A DNA stretch of 29,281 nt from a virus (IMGVR_UViG_2923302340_000002:1-29281); one strand, 5' to 3'; positions 1-11,526 are shown, numbered from the stretch's first letter. A program made the numbers and translations. The notes: generated by a model not told the origin, from the sequence alone.

Positions 1-2465
<2,465 letters not shown>

Positions 2466-2491
<26 letters not shown>

Positions 2492-2562
2492 TCAGCAACC
2501 CCGGTATCAGTTCATCCAGCGCGGCTGCTTTGTTCATGGCTTTGATGATATCCCGTTTCAGG
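2466..2562 (-). pseudogene. nu1: nu1 3' fragment (C-terminal ~31 codons of terminase small subunit), separated from the rest of the gene by the IS insertion
   Basis: Minus-strand reading gives LKRDIIKAMNKAAALDELIPGLLSEYIEQSD-stop, overlapping the A start as in lambda. The fragment abuts the left IS end at 2562/2563. Confidence 0.75.
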
Positions 2563-2592
2563 GTAAGCGGCTCGTCAGAACCGTATTGATAT

Positions 2593-4164
2593 TTACTGAG
2601 AGCTCAGATCAACTTTCCAGGGCAACAGATCGCGTACCCGGTTTGCCGGCCAGTCCTGGATATGTTCAATGACGTAGCGCAGCCACTTTTCTGGCTCCAC
2701 ATTGTTCAGACGGCATGTGCCGATCAGCGAGTACAACACCGCCGCATGTTCACCACCGCTGTCGGAACCCGCGAACATCCAGTTTTTCCGGCCTACGGCC
2801 ACTCCCCGTAAGGCGTTCTCTGCGATGTTGTTGTCGATTTCCACCCAGCCATTACTGCAGTACACGTTCAGTGCATCCCACTGTTTCAGCAGGTATGCGA
2901 ACGCTTTTGCCGTATCTGAGTGACGCGACAGTGTTTTCATCTGTTGCTGTATCCAGTCATACAGTGACTGCATCAGTGGCGCGGCTCTGGTTTTTCTTGC
3001 CGCCAGACGCTGTTCTGCTGAACAGCCCCGGACCTCTGCCTCGATGGCATACAGTTCACCGATACGCTGCAGGGCTTCCGTGGTGATGTCGGTGGGCGCT
3101 CTTGCATGCACATCGTGGATTTTTCTCCGGGCATGAGCCATACACGCGGCTTCCGTTATTCTGCCGGATTCGTATAACGCCCGGTAACCACCGTAAGCAT
3201 CGGCCTGAAGCACACCGCTGTAACCGGCCAGGTGATTTTGTGGATGGATACCTTTCCGGTCCGGACTGTACGCGAACCAGACCGCCGGGGGCATCTGTGA
3301 ACCGGCGTTACGGTCATCACGGACGTAGACCCACAGCCGGGCTGTCCGGGGTTTACCGCTGCCCGGCTCCTGGACCGGGACGGGGATATCATCAGCATGG
3401 ACTTTACCGGGCATCAGCACATACTGGCGCAGGACGTCATACAGCGGCTCCAGTAGTTCAGCAACGGCACCTGTCCAGCGCCCCAGCGTGGCGCGGCTCA
3501 GCTCCACACCCTGACGGCGGTATATCTCTGACTGGCGGTATAACGGCAGATGGTCTGCATATTTTCCGGTGACGACATGGGCCAGGAGCCCCGCTCCGGC
3601 ATAACTGCGTGCAATGGGTTTTGAAGGTACTGGTGCCTGCACGATATGGTCGCACCGGCAACAGGCCAGTTTCGGACGTTGTGTTTCGATAACCTTAAAG
3701 GCGCTGCTGATAAGCTCCAGTTGCTCTGACACATCACATCCCAGAGAACTGAGTTCACCACCACAGGCCGGACAGCATTCCTCTTCCGGCCGGATAACCC
3801 GGGTTTCACGGGGAAGTGAGGCCGGTAACGGTTTACGGGCTGAAGACTGGCGCAGGGCGGATGGCAGTACCGGGTCATATTGCTCACCCAGCGTTTCCGC
3901 CATTTCTTCCTGAAGTGCGCTGATTCGCTCCTGTGCTTCCTGTATCTGCCGTTCGGTTTTTGCGCGAAGTTTTTCTGAGCTTTTACCGAACTGCATACGC
4001 TGCAGTTTCGCAACCAGCGCCTTCAGCCGGTTGATTTCGGAAGCATAAGCCGCCACCCGCTGTGAGAGCAGGCGGTTGTATTCAGCCATCTGGCGTATGG
4101 TGTCCTGTTGCGTCTGCAACAGTGCCCGCAGGCGGGCGTTCTCATGAGCAAGTGAGGTGTCCAT
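2593..4164 (-). CDS. tnpC: IS66-family transposase (TnpC / orf3)
   Basis: 523-aa ORF with an N-terminal coiled-coil region ([33 protein letters not shown]), a Cys-rich zinc-binding segment (CPACGG...CCRCDH) and a C-terminal catalytic region, as typical of IS66 TnpC. Confidence 0.9.
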   Translation of the reverse strand: MDTSLAHENARLRALLQTQQDTIRQMAEYNRLLSQRVAAYASEINRLKALVAKLQRMQFGKSSEKLRAKTERQIQEAQERISALQEEMAETLGEQYDPVLPSALRQSSARKPLPASLPRETRVIRPEEECCPACGGELSSLGCDVSEQLELISSAFKVIETQRPKLACCRCDHIVQAPVPSKPIARSYAGAGLLAHVVTGKYADHLPLYRQSEIYRRQGVELSRATLGRWTGAVAELLEPLYDVLRQYVLMPGKVHADDIPVPVQEPGSGKPRTARLWVYVRDDRNAGSQMPPAVWFAYSPDRKGIHPQNHLAGYSGVLQADAYGGYRALYESGRITEAACMAHARRKIHDVHARAPTDITTEALQRIGELYAIEAEVRGCSAEQRLAARKTRAAPLMQSLYDWIQQQMKTLSRHSDTAKAFAYLLKQWDALNVYCSNGWVEIDNNIAENALRGVAVGRKNWMFAGSDSGGEHAAVLYSLIGTCRLNNVEPEKWLRYVIEHIQDWPANRVRDLLPWKVDLSSQ

Positions 4165-4183
4165 ATCCTCACTTTACAACGGG

Positions 4184-4531
4184 TTATATACGGATTCCAG
4201 CGCGTTCCGTTCGTTTCGGGTGCTTCCAGTTGATACCTTCAAGAAGCATGGATAACTGAGCCGGAGTAAGGTGCACCTTGCCGTCACGGGTGACTGGCCA
4301 GACGAAGCGGCCCCGCTCCAGGCGTTTGGTGAAGAGGCACAGTCCGTCACTGTCAGCCCACAACACTTTTATCTGGTCACCCCGGCGTCCGCGGAAGATG
4401 AACAGGTGTCCGGAGAACGGGTCATCCTTCAGGACGTTCTGAACTTTTGATGCCAGGCCGTTAAAACCATTTCGCATGTCGGTGATACCGGCAACCAGCC
4501 AGATACGCGAACCGGCAGGGAGAGATATCAT
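4184..4531 (-). CDS. tnpB: IS66-family accessory protein (TnpB / orf2)
   Basis: 115-aa ORF MISLPAGSRIWLVAGITDMRNGFNGLASKVQNVLKDDPFSGHLFIFRGRRGDQIKVLWADSDGLCLF, typical IS66 Orf2. Its start overlaps the upstream ORF stop. Confidence 0.9.
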   Translation of the reverse strand: MISLPAGSRIWLVAGITDMRNGFNGLASKVQNVLKDDPFSGHLFIFRGRRGDQIKVLWADSDGLCLFTKRLERGRFVWPVTRDGKVHLTPAQLSMLLEGINWKHPKRTERAGIRI

Positions 4532-5208
4532 CAGTGGCTGCTCCCTTTCATTTCGCGGATAAGTGTCTGTAATAACGCCGGCGTCAGTTTACCTTTAAGC
4601 CTGAGAGTTCCGGCCGGCAGAACCAGCTCGCAGCACAGACTGTCTGGCAGTGTATTTATCTGTTCAGGTATCTGCACTGGTGCCGGGATTTTATTATCCG
4701 GCTCCGGCGTTAACGTCACGGGAAGTAGCGATGTTTCATGTTCGCCGGGCGGCTGCAGGCCGCCGTTACGCCAGAGATGCCGCCAGTTAAAGAGCAGGTT
4801 ATCGTTGATTCCGTTTTCCCGGGCGATCTGCGCCACACAGGCTCCGGGCTGCAGTGACTGCTCCACTAAGGCGATTTTAAACTCATAAGGGAAGTTGGGC
4901 CGCCGGGGACGTTTTTTTACCACGGGGGCTTCGGATATAACGGTGCTTTCAGGACGTACGACTGGTACCGTGGAAAATTGTCCGTAAAGGCAGGCATCAA
5001 GTTCCTGCTCCGACATGCCTGCGGGCAAAGGCCACGAAAGGCCAGCTCTCCGAAAGCGCACGAACATACTACAAACTGTTGATTTTGGTACACCCAGGCG
5101 ACGCCCGGCCACAACCCGGGGTAAATGTTCTTCAAAGTGAAGACGTAAAGCTTCAGTGATCCAGGTCCGGTGTTTCATACGATAGTGTCCATTAAAAATG
5201 ATGGACAT
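4531..5208 (-). CDS. tnpA: IS66-family helix-turn-helix protein (TnpA / orf1); the true start may be internal to the 225-aa ORF
   Basis: The ORF contains the segment RPNFPYEFKIALVEQSLQPGACVAQIARENGINDNLLFNWR typical of IS66 Orf1. It is longer than usual for this protein, so the start codon is uncertain. Confidence 0.7.
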   Translation of the reverse strand: MSIIFNGHYRMKHRTWITEALRLHFEEHLPRVVAGRRLGVPKSTVCSMFVRFRRAGLSWPLPAGMSEQELDACLYGQFSTVPVVRPESTVISEAPVVKKRPRRPNFPYEFKIALVEQSLQPGACVAQIARENGINDNLLFNWRHLWRNGGLQPPGEHETSLLPVTLTPEPDNKIPAPVQIPEQINTLPDSLCCELVLPAGTLRLKGKLTPALLQTLIREMKGSSH

Positions 5209-5244
5209 TATTTTTGTAGAGCCGGAGGAAACAGACCAGACGGT

Positions 5245-5718
5245 TTAAATGAGCCGGTTACGTTTCAGGAAATCAACATGTCGGTTTTCCAGTTCCGGAA
5301 AACGCCGCTGTACCGAGAGAGGGATCCCGTCAAGAATACTGGCAATTTCACCTGCGATCCGTGACAGCACGAAAGTACAGAATGCGGTTTCCACCACCTC
5401 TGCGGAGTCTCTGGCATTCTTCAGCTCCTGTGCGTCGGCCTGCGCACGCGTAAGTCGATGGCGTTCGTACTCAATAGTCCCAGGCTGGAGATCTGCCTCA
5501 CTGGCAGCCCTGTAACCCTCAACCTCTTTACGGAGTTTTTCATTTTCGATATCAGCTTCCCTCTGCGCATACCACTGAATTGCCATGGCGGTATCAAATA
5601 CAGATTCAACGCCCTTACCACCTCCGGAGACACAAGGGAGTCCCTGAGATTGCCAGCGTTCAATCGTTCGCGGATCCACGTTGAAAATTTCGGCAAGTTT
5701 CTTTTTATTAACCTTCAT
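5245..5718 (-). pseudogene. nu1: Terminase small subunit nu1, truncated by the IS66 insertion after about codon 153, with the last four codons and the stop supplied by IS sequence
   Basis: [39 protein letters not shown]...[15 protein letters not shown] follows lambda Nu1 and then diverges into NRLI-stop exactly at the IS junction (5261/5262). Confidence 0.85.
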
Positions 5719-5719
5719 G

Positions 5720-5940
5720 AAACAGTCTCACAATAAATACAGGGGCCGACATGAAAGTGCCCGAAAATGACTTTTTTAGGCGTTTTCATGTCGGACCTTT
5801 TACGGATTCGATATTAGAAAAAACAAATAGTTATGTTCGAGAAGTACCGACATGATTTTCCCCGGAAAATTTTCATAAATAGCGAAAATCCGCAAGGTCG
5901 CCGCCCCGTAACCTGTCGGATCGCCGGAAAGGACCCGCAA
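5720..5940 (-). other. cos: cos site: cosN with the 12-nt cohesive-end sequence at 5895-5906 (plus strand AGGTCGCCGCCC, i.e. GGGCGGCGACCT on the minus strand), with cosB toward nu1
   Basis: The minus strand reads CCGACAGGTTACG / GGGCGGCGACCT TGCGG, the lambda right-end/left-end junction as I recall it. It lies about 180 bp upstream of the nu1 start. Confidence 0.8.
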
Positions 5941-6105
5941 AATGATAATAATTATCATCTACATGTCACAACGTGCATCTACGCCATCAAACCACGTCAA
6001 ATAATCAATTATGACGCAGGTATCGTATTAATTGATCTGCATCAACTTAACGTAAAAACAACTTCAGACAATACAAATCAGCGACACTGAATACGGGACA
6101 ACCTC

Positions 6106-6339
6106 ATGTCAACGAAGAACAGAACCCGCAGAACAACAACCCGCAACATCCGCTTTCCTAACCAAATGATTGAACAAATTAACATCGCTCTTGATCAAAA
6201 AGGGTCCGGGAATTTCTCAGCCTGGGTCATTGAAGCCTGCCGCCGGAGACTGTGCTCAGAAAAAAGAGTTTCTCCTGAAGCAAACAAAGAAAAGAGTGAC
6301 ATTACTGAATTGCTCAGAAAACAGATCAGACCAGATTGA
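6106..6339 (+). CDS. Small putative ribbon-helix-helix DNA-binding protein (77 aa)
   Basis: Basic N-terminus followed by RNIRFPNQMIEQINIALDQKGSGNFSAWVIEACRRRL, a beta-strand plus two-helix pattern typical of Arc/CopG-like proteins. Lies in an AT-rich block between cos and the lysis genes. Confidence 0.45.
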   Translation: MSTKNRTRRTTTRNIRFPNQMIEQINIALDQKGSGNFSAWVIEACRRRLCSEKRVSPEANKEKSDITELLRKQIRPD

Positions 6340-6395
6340 AGCAATTTAGATAATCGTGCAGACTACGCCCCTCATATCACATGGAAGGTACTACA

Positions 6396-6806
6396 ATGGC
6401 TCAGGTTGCCATTTTTAAACAAATATTCGATAAAGTGCGAAATAATTTAAACTATCACTGGTTTTATTCTGAACTAAAACGTCACAATGTCTCACATTAC
6501 ATTTACTATTTAGCCACAGAGAATATTCATCTTGTTCTTGAAAACGATAATACGGTTTTAATAAAAGGACAGGGTAAGGTTGTAAATGTAAGATTTTCAA
6601 AAAATAAATGCCTTATAGAAGCCACCTTAAAAGGATTCAAATCAGGAGAGTTATCATTTTACGAATACAGAAAAAATCTTGCTACAGCAGGGGTTTTCAG
6701 ATGGATTACAAATATCCACGAAAACAAAAGGTATTACTATACCTTTGATAATTCATTACTCTTTACTGAGAACATTCAGAACACTACACAAATATTTCCG
6801 CACTAA
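6396..6806 (+). CDS. Hypothetical protein in an AT-rich moron (about 136 aa from the internal start MAQVAIFKQ...)
   Basis: ORF with a GGAAGG Shine-Dalgarno just upstream of the ATG at 6396. Composition is visibly AT-rich relative to the flanking phage genes. No recognisable motif. Confidence 0.5.
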   Translation: MAQVAIFKQIFDKVRNNLNYHWFYSELKRHNVSHYIYYLATENIHLVLENDNTVLIKGQGKVVNVRFSKNKCLIEATLKGFKSGELSFYEYRKNLATAGVFRWITNIHENKRYYYTFDNSLLFTENIQNTTQIFPH

Positions 6807-7326
6807 ATCATAACGTCCGGTTTCTTCCGTGCCAGAACCGGACTCGCTGGCATGATGAAATATGTGTACCCGGTAACCCCGGTGTGCATCGTTTTTGATT
6901 ATTCCCGCACACTCGCGCAGAAGGAGTTCCCCGTCGGGCTACGGTCTCTGTTAATACGGGAATACGGTGACGATACAGCGCATGATGTGTCAGGCTTGAA
7001 TACCTTTATCCTTTAAAAGGGATATCAGTTAAGTTATCCCGTGTAGGGTATAAGCCATTATCAAAGCCACTCTGTAGGGAATGGCTTTTGTGATGGCATC
7101 ACTTACTCTTTACGCTGCTATCCCACTCATCCCGGAATTTTGATGGGTTATTGAAACCTTCTGCTGACATAACAACTCCTTCAATGTTTGGCTGAAATTA
7201 GGATGTCTTTCCATCAGTCCGCCACCACAAAGAATCTTTTTTGCCATAAGGCAGGAGGTTCATCTTTCAGTGGCTGCCGGTGTTATTTCCCCACTTACTG
7301 GCTTGGGTTGTTTCGCTGTACTGCTG

Positions 7327-7863
7327 TTAATTAGTGAGTCCGGGGATTACGGTTTGCCCGTGCTGTTCAAGGCGTTCAATTCTCGCCAGTAGCTGAGGCT
7401 TCTTAATTTTTCCCCAGCGATTGAGCAGGCGGCCAGACATACTGGCGACATCCTTCTCTTTCATATACTCCAGCATTATGGCGTTGCGTTCTGCTTCATA
7501 ACTTTCGCTGTACTTACGGAGTTCTGCAGACATCCAGTTAAAGGCATTTATATAGGCCTCTTTAACAGCGTCGGCTTTTGCGCCATTAAATCCCATGACC
7601 AGCATAACGAAGCCACTAAAGTCCATGCGGTAGTAAATCTGTTTCTTGTCAAAAATCCCTAAGTCATTGATTTTTTCGGCAACGCAAAAATGCGCTCTCC
7701 GGAAATCTTCAGAGCAATGACAATTTTTCAGCGCCCTCAATACGTCCGCATGACGCTTACCAAATGCCTTTGCGATCTGGAAGGTGTCAGTTACCGGTTG
7801 ACCTTCTGCTGCGGTAACTAACTGGCGAAAGTCAAAGTCATGATTCACAATTAATTCATTCAT
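7327..7863 (-). CDS. Rha-family phage regulatory protein (start taken at internal MNELIV; the ORF track extends to 7932)
   Basis: Contains GQPVTDTFQIAKAFGKRHADVLRALKN, the hallmark segment of Rha-type phage regulators. An AGGTAA Shine-Dalgarno precedes the ATG at 7863. Confidence 0.6.
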   Translation of the reverse strand: MNELIVNHDFDFRQLVTAAEGQPVTDTFQIAKAFGKRHADVLRALKNCHCSEDFRRAHFCVAEKINDLGIFDKKQIYYRMDFSGFVMLVMGFNGAKADAVKEAYINAFNWMSAELRKYSESYEAERNAIMLEYMKEKDVASMSGRLLNRWGKIKKPQLLARIERLEQHGQTVIPGLTN

Positions 7864-8013
7864 GGCGTTACCTGCTACTTCGAAATGAACCTTTGCCGCA
7901 CAGGAAACCAGCCCACCGAGGCTCGCCAGCACTAACTGGTATCCTCAAAGGCCCATTCCAAAGGGTCAGGTTCGGTGGTTATTGTGCGCTGCGGTGCGCG
8001 GTGAAATACCTAT

Positions 8014-8039
8014 ACAAAAACGCCCCGCATCTGCGAGGC
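8014..8039 (-). terminator. Candidate intrinsic terminator downstream of Rz
   Basis: Minus strand GCCTCGCA-GA-TGCGGGGC hairpin (one mismatch) followed by GTTTTTGT, about 45 bp after the Rz stop. Confidence 0.5.
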
Positions 8040-8081
8040 ATTTTCCTGAAAGTCACTTGTTAAATTTCAGTGAAATTAAAA

Positions 8082-8519
8082 TTATTTTAAGCACTGCGTC
8101 CTAATGTAATCCTGCAAGTAGTTAACCTGCGCGGTTATCCTGTCGATTCCACTTCGGAGACGGTAATAATTGAGTTCAGCATCTGCTGTAAGTCCTGGGC
8201 TTTCTCCATCGCCCATGCTGCTGGCTCCGGTCGTTGACTTTGCACAGGTGGCGGCGACTTGCAGGCGCTTACGACCAGCAGAAACATCAGCACGGAGACT
8301 TTCGATAGTCGCGTTAGCATCAGCAAGCTCCTTTGTGTATCTGGCATCGAGTTCTGCTACATCACGTTGACGCTTCTGCATGTCAGCAATTGTGGATGTG
8401 GCTTTATCACGTTGCTCTTTGTAGGCTATGGCGTTATCACGGTAATGATTAACAGCCCATGACAGGCAAACGATGATGCAGATAACCAGAGCGGAAATAA
8501 TCGCGGTGACTCTGCTCAT
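8082..8519 (-). CDS. Rz: Spanin inner-membrane subunit Rz
   Basis: 145-aa ORF starting [31 protein letters not shown], like lambda Rz. Sits immediately after R. Confidence 0.9.
   Translation of the reverse strand: MSRVTAIISALVICIIVCLSWAVNHYRDNAIAYKEQRDKATSTIADMQKRQRDVAELDARYTKELADANATIESLRADVSAGRKRLQVAATCAKSTTGASSMGDGESPGLTADAELNYYRLRSGIDRITAQVNYLQDYIRTQCLK
8135..8320 (-). CDS. Rz1: Spanin outer-membrane lipoprotein Rz1, embedded in Rz in the +1 frame
   Basis: Embedded ORF with signal peptide and lipobox ([20 protein letters not shown]) followed by a proline-rich segment ([13 protein letters not shown]). Start codon choice is uncertain. Confidence 0.7.
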   Translation of the reverse strand: MLTRLSKVSVLMFLLVVSACKSPPPVQSQRPEPAAWAMEKAQDLQQMLNSIITVSEVESTG

Positions 8520-8992
8520 ACCTCAATCTCTCTGACCGTTCCGCCCGCTTCTTTAAATTTTGTAATCAGGCTGTCAGCCTTATGCTCGAACTGACCATAA
8601 CCAGCCCCCGGCAGTGAAGCCCAGATATTGCTGCAACGGTCGATTGCCTGACGGATATCACCGCGATCAATCATCGGTAAAGCGCCACGCTCTTTAATCT
8701 GCTGCAATGCCACAGCGTCCTGGCTTTTTGGAGAGAAGTCTTTCAGGCCAAGCTGCTTGCGGTAGGCATCCCACCAACGGGAAAGAAGCTGATAGCGCCC
8801 TGCTGCTGTTGATTTGAGTTTTGGGTTTAGCGTGACAAGTTTGCGAGGGTGATCGGAGTAATCAGTGAATAGCTCTCCGCCAACAATGACGTCATAACCA
8901 TGATTTCTGGTTTTCTGTCGTCCGTTATCAGTTCCCTCTGACCACGCCAGCATATCGAGGAACGCCTTACGTTGATTATTGATTTCCACCAT
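8516..8992 (-). CDS. R: Endolysin R (lytic transglycosylase)
   Basis: 158-aa [54 protein letters not shown], same length and N-terminus as lambda R. Confidence 0.95.
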   Translation of the reverse strand: MVEINNQRKAFLDMLAWSEGTDNGRQKTRNHGYDVIVGGELFTDYSDHPRKLVTLNPKLKSTAAGRYQLLSRWWDAYRKQLGLKDFSPKSQDAVALQQIKERGALPMIDRGDIRQAIDRCSNIWASLPGAGYGQFEHKADSLITKFKEAGGTVREIEV

Positions 8993-9299
8993 CTTCTACT
9001 CCGGCTTTTTTAGCAGCGAAGCGTTTGATAAGCGAACCAATCGAGTCAGTGCCGATGTAGCCGATGAACACGCTCGTTATATAAGCGAGATTGCTACTTA
9101 GTCCTGCGAAGTCGAGAAGGTCACGAATGAACCAGGCGATAATGGCGCACATCGTTGCGTCGATTACTGTTTTTGTAAACGCACCGCCATTATATCTGCC
9201 GCGAAGGTACGCCATTGCAAACGCAAGGATTGCCCCGATGCCTTGTTCCTTTGCCGCGAGAATGGCGGCTAACAGGTCATGTTTTTCTGGCATCTTCAT
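8976..9299 (-). CDS. S: Holin S (S107 antiholin and S105 holin, dual start MKM)
   Basis: 107-aa [67 protein letters not shown], the lambda S pattern with the dual-start motif. Confidence 0.95.
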   Translation of the reverse strand: MKMPEKHDLLAAILAAKEQGIGAILAFAMAYLRGRYNGGAFTKTVIDATMCAIIAWFIRDLLDFAGLSSNLAYITSVFIGYIGTDSIGSLIKRFAAKKAGVEDGGNQ

Positions 9300-9420
9300 G
9301 TCTTACCCCCAATAAGGGGATTTGCTCTATTTAATTAGGAATAAGGTCGATTACTGATAGAACAAATCCAGGCTACTGTGTTTAGTAATCAGATTTGTTC
9401 GTGACCGATATGCACGGGCA

Positions 9421-9455
9421 AAACGGCAGGAGGTTGTTAGCGCAGCCTCCTGCCG
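9421..9455 (-). other. Stable hairpin in the late leader about 130 nt upstream of S
   Basis: 10-bp perfect stem CGGCAGGAGG / CCTCCTGCCG around a 12-nt loop, followed on the minus strand by UUUUGCCCG. Confidence 0.4.
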
Positions 9456-9764
9456 CCCGCTTTCACGAAGATCATGTGTAGAAGGCCGCAGCGTAACTAT
9501 CACTGATGAATTCAGGATAGCCAGTGGCTACGGCTCAGTTTGGGTTGTGCTGTTGCTTGGCGGCGATGACGCCTGTACGCATTTGGTGATCCGGTTCTGC
9601 TTCCGGTATTCGCTTAATTCAGCACAACGGAAAGAGCACTGTATGTTGCTGGGCCAGATGTCGGCTGCACAGGGAGTCATTGCCGACCCACGCCCTAAAC
9701 ACATTCGTAAATGCGCTTAGGGTTGTCTCCCCTGGTATCCAGTTATTCCCCGGCTGGGGATACT

Positions 9765-9812
9765 CCGCGCGACGCTAATGCGTTTCGTCCCTCATGGACT
9801 CGTCAGGCGCGC
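9765..9812 (-). ncRNA. Type I hammerhead ribozyme motif in the late-transcript leader
   Basis: Minus-strand RNA GCGCGC-CUGACGA-GUCC-AUGAG-GGAC-GAA-ACGC-AUUA-GCGU-C/GCGCGG. This contains both conserved core blocks (CUGANGA and GAA), helix II (GUCC/GGAC, closed with G10.1-C11.1), helix III (ACGC/GCGU with A15.1-U16.1), a GUC cleavage triplet, and helix I formed by the flanking GCGCG/CGCGC. Confidence 0.6.
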
Positions 9813-10087
9813 AATGCTCTTACCTGTTGTGTGCCCATTATTAATCACACCGGGCCAGTGCGCCGAATTTGTTTACAAGGAGTCGGAAGACCTTGCTGAC
9901 TTACAGGCTATTACGCCGCCATCAGAACAACATCATCGTTTGCATTTATCTTTGTGGTCAGTTTCTAAAAAACCGCAAAGTCGCCAACTCTGACGAAAAC
10001 TATCGTTGTGCTGCCACAACGATAAGAGCACTCGGTGCATTTAAGCCAAGCCCCATAAGGGAGAATGCTCTTACCTGTTACACAGAT

Positions 10088-10146
10088 ATAAAAAATCCCG
10101 AAACCGTTATGCAGGCTCTAACTATTACCTGCGAACTGTTTCGGGA
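10088..10146 (-). terminator. tR' (terminator of the short 6S late leader RNA)
   Basis: Minus-strand hairpin with stem arms AAUCCCGAAAC / GUUUCGGGAUU followed by UUUUUUAUAUCUG, about 194 nt downstream of the predicted pR' start, consistent with the lambda 6S RNA length. Confidence 0.6.
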
Positions 10147-10279
10147 TTGCATTTGCAGACCTCTCAGCCTGCGATGGTTGGAGTTCCAGACGATACGTCG
10201 AAGTGACCAACTAGGCGGAATCGGTAGTAAGCGCCGCCTCTTTTTATCTCACTACCACAACGAGCGAATTACCCCATCG

Positions 10280-10316
10280 CTGGGTCAAATTTACCCAACT
10301 TTATTCAAAAAGTCAA
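10280..10316 (-). promoter_or_regulatory. Late promoter pR' (with overlapping qut region)
   Basis: Minus strand TTGACT, a 17-bp spacer, then TAAATT, located about 45-80 bp downstream of the Q stop. Good match to a sigma-70 promoter. Confidence 0.6.
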
Positions 10317-10358
10317 TATCATGCCGTTAATATGTTGCCATCCGTGGCAATCATGCTG

Positions 10359-10982
10359 CTAACGTGTGACCGCATTCAAGATATTGTCTGCGATTGACTC
10401 TTCCTTGTGGCATTGCACCACCAGAGCGTCATACAGCGGCTTAACAGTGCGTGACCAGGTGGGTTGAGTAAGGTTTGGGATTAGCATCGTTACAGCGCGA
10501 TATGCGGCGCTTGCTGGCATCCTTGAATAGCCGACACCTTTGCATCTTCCGCACTCTTTCTCAACAACTCTCCCCCACTGCTCTGTTTTTGCTATATCAA
10601 CCGCGCGGCCTGTACCGTGGCAATCTCTGCATCTTGCCCCCGGCGTCGCGGCACTACGGCAATAATCCGCATAAGCGAATGTTGCGAGCACTTGCAGTAC
10701 CTTTGCCTTAGTATTTCCTTCAAGCTTTGCCACACCACGGTATTTCCCCGATACCTTGTGTGCAAATTGCATCAGATAGTTGATAGCCTTTTGTTTGTCG
10801 TTCTGGCTGAGTTCATGCTTACCGCAGAATGCAGCCATTCCGAATCCGGCTTGTGATTGCGCCATCCCCATAGCAGCCATCACATCAGTACCGGAAAGAG
10901 AGTCAGAAGCCGTGGCCCGTGGTGAGTCGCTCATCATCGGGCTTTTTGGCGAATGAAATTTAGCTACGCTTTCGAGTCTCAT
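10359..10982 (-). CDS. Q: Late antiterminator Q
   Basis: 207-aa ORF MRLESVAKFHSPKSPMMSDSPRATASDSLSGTDVMAAMGMAQSQAGFGMAAFCGKHELSQNDKQKAINYL, same length and sequence pattern as lambda Q, with a Cys-rich zinc-binding region. Confidence 0.95.
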   Translation of the reverse strand: MRLESVAKFHSPKSPMMSDSPRATASDSLSGTDVMAAMGMAQSQAGFGMAAFCGKHELSQNDKQKAINYLMQFAHKVSGKYRGVAKLEGNTKAKVLQVLATFAYADYCRSAATPGARCRDCHGTGRAVDIAKTEQWGRVVEKECGRCKGVGYSRMPASAAYRAVTMLIPNLTQPTWSRTVKPLYDALVVQCHKEESIADNILNAVTR

Positions 10983-11167
10983 CGTCTTCCCCTCTTGCCC
11001 TGTTTGACCATCAGGACGCCGTTAACTATTACGTGACGCTCGCCTTTGCTGTCTCGGTTGTACTTGAGCGCTGTTCCTCTTGCGCAGGAAAGCATCCTCG
11101 CCACTTCGGTCTGATTGCCTCGTGTCTGGATAAGAAGCTCTGGTATCGTTTGAATTGTGGCGTTCAT
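10979..11167 (-). CDS. ninH: NinH-like protein (62 aa)
   Basis: Contains IPELLIQTRGNQTEVARMLSCARGTALKY and VIVNGVLMV, resembling lambda NinH. Sits immediately upstream of Q. Confidence 0.7.
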   Translation of the reverse strand: MNATIQTIPELLIQTRGNQTEVARMLSCARGTALKYNRDSKGERHVIVNGVLMVKQGKRGRR

Positions 11168-11526
11168 ACGTTCTCCAGTTCGGTGATTTTTATTCCAAGC
11201 CGTCCGCCTGGTACTTTCACACCACGAATTACGCGAATGTCATCGAATTGCTCGTCGTCTTCCGCAAATCCGGCGTGGATAAGGGAGTCGAGTAAACCTT
11301 TCAGGATGTTGTCGAGGTCGCGGCGGCGGGAGTCTGGAACGTCTGCGATGACTTTGATACGGAGTCGTGATTTGGTGAAAATGTCTAACTTGAGTTGGCG
11401 GATGATTTGCTGAACGTCTTTTCGGTATTTCTGGCCTTTATCGCTGATGTAGTATTGGCTTCCCCGTCTTCGCCAGTAGGTGTTCAGCGACGGCGGATAT
11501 GGAAGCACAAACTGATATTCGTTCAT
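11164..11526 (-). CDS. rusA: RusA-type Holliday junction resolvase
   Basis: 120-aa ORF MNEYQFVLPYPPSLNTYWRRRGSQYYISDKGQKYRKDVQ...DSRRRDLDNILKGLLDSL, the RusA pattern including the catalytic DxD region. Confidence 0.9.
   Translation of the reverse strand: MNEYQFVLPYPPSLNTYWRRRGSQYYISDKGQKYRKDVQQIIRQLKLDIFTKSRLRIKVIADVPDSRRRDLDNILKGLLDSLIHAGFAEDDEQFDDIRVIRGVKVPGGRLGIKITELENV

Larger units (their letters stand above)
2563..5261 (-). mobile_element. IS66-family insertion sequence (about 2.7 kb) with three transposase ORFs, imperfect terminal inverted repeats beginning GTAA, and an 8-bp target site duplication
   Basis: Ends read GTAAGCGGCTCGTCAGAACCG (2563 onward) and, reverse-complemented from 5261, GTAACCGGCTCATTTAAACCG. 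An identical 8-bp GTTTCAGG flanks both ends (2555-2562 and 5262-5269). Joining the flanks restores an uninterrupted nu1 reading frame. Confidence 0.85.

Noticed and set aside
2702-4013. ORFs on both strands inside the IS66 transposase genes
   Set aside because: They overlap the well-supported TnpC frame. No independent evidence for coding.
5833-6090. 85-aa plus-strand ORF in the ORF track
   Set aside because: It spans the cos site (cosN at 5895-5906) and the non-coding cosQ side, and has no ribosome-binding site or recognisable protein features. Treated as a spurious ORF over a cis-acting site.
6807-7326. Possible bor-like lipoprotein gene or other gene in the ORF-free gap
   Set aside because: The only candidate frame I could build (minus strand, starting near 7248) is about 44 codons with no signal peptide or lipobox. 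Too weak to call.
9300-10358. tRNA genes or toxin genes between Q and S, as found in some lambdoid (Stx-type) prophages
   Set aside because: I scanned both strands for a T-loop GGTTCGAATCC-type motif and a cloverleaf-compatible arrangement and found none. The plus-strand ORFs in the track (9711-9899, 9778-9993, 9869-10330) lie antisense to the late leader and overlap the structured RNA elements. I judge the region non-coding.
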